Positions 59,373-64,000 of a stretch of 64,000 nt of DNA are shown here, one piece after another. A program made the translations under genes and the position numbers. The DNA is from Trichinella spiralis. Lineage: Eukaryota. The stretch covers positions 2,675,666-2,739,665 of the forward strand of contig NW_003526943.1 of the NCBI RefSeq assembly GCF_000181795.1. The letters run 5' to 3'. The notes under the pieces were generated by a model that saw only the letters and a list, made by a program, of their open reading frames with translations, ran no database searches and had not been told where the DNA came from. Within the stretch, counting starts at the first letter, position 1. The number at the start of each line of letters is the position of its first letter.

Positions 59373-59883
59373 AAGCAAATTCAGCAATTGAAAAGTGTTC
59401 TTTTTTATTTTTCAGTTATGATTGAGATAAAATTGTTGTGAAATAAATGTTTCACATTAATTTGATATTGTTTATATTTAAAGCTTTGAAAATTATTTGC
59501 AGTTTCATAAGCAGCATCTCATTTCACTGCACCGTTCATTCATTGAAAATAAAAAAGTAACCGAAAAAATAAAATTATTAATAAAAAACATGCAATATGA
59601 TTTAAAATTATACAATTTTAGTTTTGTTTTCAATTGTTTTCTTGTTAGTTTAAAAATCAAACCTGCAAATCATAAGTATAATGTATTTTGTTGTATTAAT
59701 ATTAATTAATATGATGGACTTTGTTTTCTGGCACCGCTTGTTTTTCTTGTTGTTTGTATTTTTATTTAGCATAACAGTGTTTTTATAATTAATATATTTG
59801 AAATTTTACTAATGTGATTTCATAGGGATGTGATTAATCTTCATGTATGCAGTTTAGATTGAAAGCGTTGTTGTGAAAGCATC

Positions 59884-60489
59884 ATGAAGACAACACCTAG
59901 AGGAAGTGAAAAGTTCACTTCCACGAAAAGTGGTAATAACGTTTTTACTTTTTTGACATTTTATTGCTGATTGTTCATTTCAGCCCGTAATAAAAGCAAC
60001 CGTGGTAGTTCCAGAAAAAGTAATTATTTAGAATAGAATTTAGTTATCCACGCTAATAATAATAATGTGTAAAATTTGATATATTATTCAATTGTTTTAG
60101 GTTCCTCATACTGCGTCAAGTTATTCTTATACTTTGTTGCATTTGCAGTTTTGTGTGCAGTATTCGTTTTTGCCTCTTTACTCCTTCTACCTTCAGAGAA
60201 AACTCAAGGAGTCAAAGATCAGCTTCGTGTGATCATTAATTTTACGATGAAATTTTTGAATGAAATTGCAACATCAGGTGCTGCTTTGCATGTAAATGAA
60301 ACATTTTTGAAAATTGGGGCTGCTTTATTGATGTTTTTAACTTTTACGGTCGACATAGCGTTTTCTTTGATTTTATTGTATGTTCACATTTTTATCAAAT
60401 GTGTTTTGCCAGAAACTATTGCTGCATTTTCTAATGCTGTTTTTTCTTTTGGACCAACAGTGTTTGAGATTTTTAAACACTATACTTAG
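59884..60489 (+). CDS. Unknown membrane protein (3 exons; basic N-terminus, 2-3 hydrophobic segments)
   Basis: MKTTPRGSEKFTSTKSARNKSNRGSSRK spliced in frame to SSSYCVKLFLYFVAFAVLCAVFVFASLLLLP..., using canonical short introns. No family recognised. Confidence 0.55.
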
Positions 60490-61742
60490 AAGAGTATTTT
60501 AAATTCCGTCGGGTTCAGTTATGTTGATATCTAAAACTTTGGAAGCGGTAATAATAAAAATGTTATTGCAATTGTTTATAAGTGAAGTTTTCATGCAACA
60601 CACTGCCAAGGTTCCACATTAGTTTAATCTTTATTGATGTTGGCATAAAACAGCTAATTTTCCATTATGCATTAACACAATTTAAGCTTTAGGGAAAATT
60701 TTGTCTGGGCTAATAAGCTGATTGAAGACGGTTCTGCATTAGGTTTTGCCCAGTTTATTTTACTTTATTGTGTAATTTTGTTTGCGGATTTCCTAAAAAA
60801 AGCAGAAGTTTTAAAAATATAAATCTAATCATTCAGCCAAAAAATAATTATATTACATTTTCTAATCTTTTATTACAGTATTTAAGTGAAAAAGTTGTTT
60901 AGCACAGTATATCAACATCAGGTTTTAATTAAATTTGTAACATATTGCATGACAACGATTTTTATTAATTTAAGCTTCAATATATTATTTTTTGATGCTT
61001 TTGAAATATTTATTAACAGCATAGCATATCATTTAAATTGACTTTCAACTGTGATTTTATTATTATACTTGACTATATTTACTCAAAATGGTTTACTGTG
61101 ACCGTGTGCCTAAAAGCGTACTTCTACTCATCTTTGACATATTCTTTTCATGCGATTGCTGTTTCGATGCTCTTTTCTACAATTGTCAGCGAGCTGTTGT
61201 CAATATAAAGACCTTTCTTTCAACTCGAATTCACTCCATTTTGTACAGCATTGCGACGTGCATGCGTTTTTTTAGTACAAAATGGTGTTATCAAATAAAC
61301 AAAAAGATGAATTGTAAGTATTTGTTTTTTTCTAGTTTTATTTTGTGATGCTTTGTGAAATGTAGAACTTTTGAAGAAGCAGTTCAATACAGAGAATGTT
61401 TTACAGTCACCAACAGCATTTGTAGCGAATCATTGTTCCATTTATATTTTTATCCACATTACAGTTGTCTGATCAATTTCGAATTTTGTAGTTGGTTTTT
61501 AAATTTGTCATCCCAATGAACGCACTTTTCACGTTGGTTTTTGTATATTTGTAGTTGACCAAGGTTGTTGCTTATGTTTTGCACATTTACATTGGCAGTT
61601 GGTTTTGGTGTATTGATTTTTTATTAGCTGATGCTCGTTCTTGATCTGTTTCTTTGTGAAAAACAGCTTTTTTTTCTGACTGACATTGACTTCTTAGTCA
61701 TTGTCATGTCTAGTATGTGGATATTTGTAAATAGAATATACA

Positions 61743-61763
61743 TATATATATATATATATATAT
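61743..61763. repeat. (TA)n microsatellite
   Basis: Visible TA run. Confidence 0.85.
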
Positions 61764-64000
61764 ACATTAATTTATGTAATGTCGCTTAAAGATCAGCAAT
61801 TTGGCATTTGCAACAAAAGTGTCTTGTTTAATACAATGTTTATTTAAATTTTTTGTTTAATTACCTATTGATTGACGATTATATGTGGAATGCAGTTGAT
61901 GAAATCCAGTAATCAATAATTTGTAGCGGTGGCTTGCGAGCATGGCATCGTTATGGCACATTTCTGTTTGCTGATTATGCTTCGCTGACTGGTTTGTTTG
62001 TAAGACCCTAAGAATAATGGCAAGTTTGAAGTGGCCAGATGGGGTGGATGTTTTGCACATTAGTTATTGCTTTGTTTATATTTGTATTATTATTGGTGTT
62101 TTAAAAGCGTTGCGTTGTTTTTTTTCTCAGTAATTGTCGAAAGTTTCTTTCGGGCATTGCTAAATTAATTTTCATCTTTTCCTCAATGCAGCGATGGTCT
62201 TGGTTGTTGCTCAGTTGTGCACATCTTCATCTATCAGGCCAGAAGAGTGTGAGTGCTGGCGAAGATTGAGCCAAAAACTAGCTTTTAAGTTTTTGCAAAG
62301 CTCATACTTTGCAATGCCAGTTGCGTGAACTTATATTTTAAACATTATTTAATACACTTCAGGGTAACGAGAACTAACCTTTGTCTCATATTTTATACTG
62401 CTGGGTTTTTACGTTGCGTCATGGCTGTTTTGAATTTCGTAATTTGAAAATACGGCAATATTTCTTGAAGAAATCATCTTTCAGTTTATCTGTGAATTAA
62501 CAAATGGAAACATATTTTTATTATTTATATTTACATGAAAGATACATGTATTTATAAATGAAAATGCTACATCAATTGAAATGGCCGAAACAGTTAAGAG
62601 CTTAGTCATTGGTTTTTATGTGTTTACGCTTCATTTACGCTGTTCGTTAATAATTGTTGGCTTTTCGGCGTCTTTCATTAATTTTATGTGAATAGACTTG
62701 ACATTTCTTGCGCTCTACAGCTGATTAGAATTTAACATATTTGACATTGCAAAGCATGTTTGGTGTAATGCACATTGGACGGTGCTTTTTTCGTTATTTG
62801 TAATGTTGTTTGCATTTTTGTGATTTTTTCCGCTTCTTCATTGACTATGCGTAACGTATGAGTAATTCATACAACCGTTGATTGAAATACGAATACTTTA
62901 TTTATTATTATTATTATTGTTTTTTTTTGAAATATAATTTTTAATTTTTCTTTACAACTATGAGAATTGATTTATGCATTTGTAGTTGCAGTTCAAATTG
63001 ATCAGCTTTCGAAAATTCTTCGTCAACTGTTCTCGTTTTCTTATTTTATCAGACGACGGCGATTTATTCGTATCATTTAATGATTTAACTATCGTGCAGC
63101 ATTTAGTTTTGTTGTGATGATGCAAATATTTTTTTCGATTTTATTTTCTTTGGAAAAGAATTTATTTAATTATGAATATTTGCTTACTAGATCATTATGA
63201 AATGTACAATAACTTGTAAATGGTGTGAATAAAAAATATTTTGATGAACTTTTTTTTGACTAAATTTATTTTACTTCAGCTTTGTAGATTGTTATAATTT
63301 AAATTAAATTGAAAAAAAATTCGGTGTTCTATACGTTGTGTAATATATATTGTTTTTTTTCCACTAATTGAAAAGTTAAGTTTCAGTTTCGCTCAAAGGA
63401 TAGTCGTCGATTGAAAAAGATGTCCAATCTTTCAATTGTAATTTGTGTGGTGAATGACTTGTCCAAATTTTTGACCCAATTTTACAATACAGATGACACA
63501 CCTTGATTGATCAAGGCAACGAATTTGATGTGTTCTTGTTGTTGAAGATTTTCCATATTGAACTTCTTCTTAGTGACGTAAAGAAAATTAGCCCATGACC
63601 ATTTATTATTCTATTTTTACATTTTCAATTCGACAAAAGATGAACGAATGATTTTTGGTGTCAAATTAATTGATTTATTAAGTGCATCTTAAATTAATTT
63701 GGATGGCGAAATTGGAAAATGACAGCCTGAACAGTAGAATTGATAGATTTCGTTTAATGGATTTGATTATACATCGATCTTGTCAATATTTAGCTGCAAT
63801 TTTTTTTATCTCTTATTCACTCTAATTATATTCTCTAATTCTATCTAATTATATTATTCTCTTAATTTATTCACTCTTTCTACCGATAATATTTCTTTTT
63901 TTTCATTTTTCATGGAAATTTTTATAAATTAATTTTCAGATGACTTAATTCTGTATATATACTCTTGTTATTCATTGTTGAAACACCGCACTGCTTAACA

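Noticed and set aside
61000..64000. Short ORFs in the terminal 3 kb
   Set aside because: No coherent exon chain or homology; likely intronic or 5' non-coding sequence of a gene outside the window.

Overview
AT-rich eukaryotic genomic DNA with many short (about 50-70 bp) GT-AG introns. The gene content and intron style suggest a nematode, most likely a clade I Trichinella-like species (inference, not provable here). Spliced genes: NACA, phosphoserine phosphatase, MMACHC, INO80D, uridine phosphorylase, an EGF-repeat membrane protein, MCM9, two tandem Gemin6/Sm-like genes, LMBR1-like, SLC35B1, histidyl-tRNA synthetase and an unknown membrane protein. Mobile DNA: a young BEL/Pao LTR retrotransposon (near-identical outer LTRs, 5-bp TSD) with an extra, diverged internal LTR and a duplicated gag start; a small hAT-like MITE; decayed MULE and possible piggyBac remnants. 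The most interesting signals are small ORFs. (1) An 85-aa single-pass peptide resembling phospholamban/sarcolipin SERCA regulators. (2) An in-frame tandem pair of mitochondrial assembly-factor-like ORFs (COX14-like and SMIM4/UQCC5-like) only 21 nt apart. (3) A HisRS 5' end where the choice of splice acceptor could switch a putative mitochondrial presequence on or off. All homology calls come from remembered family motifs, not database searches, and exon boundaries were read by eye.
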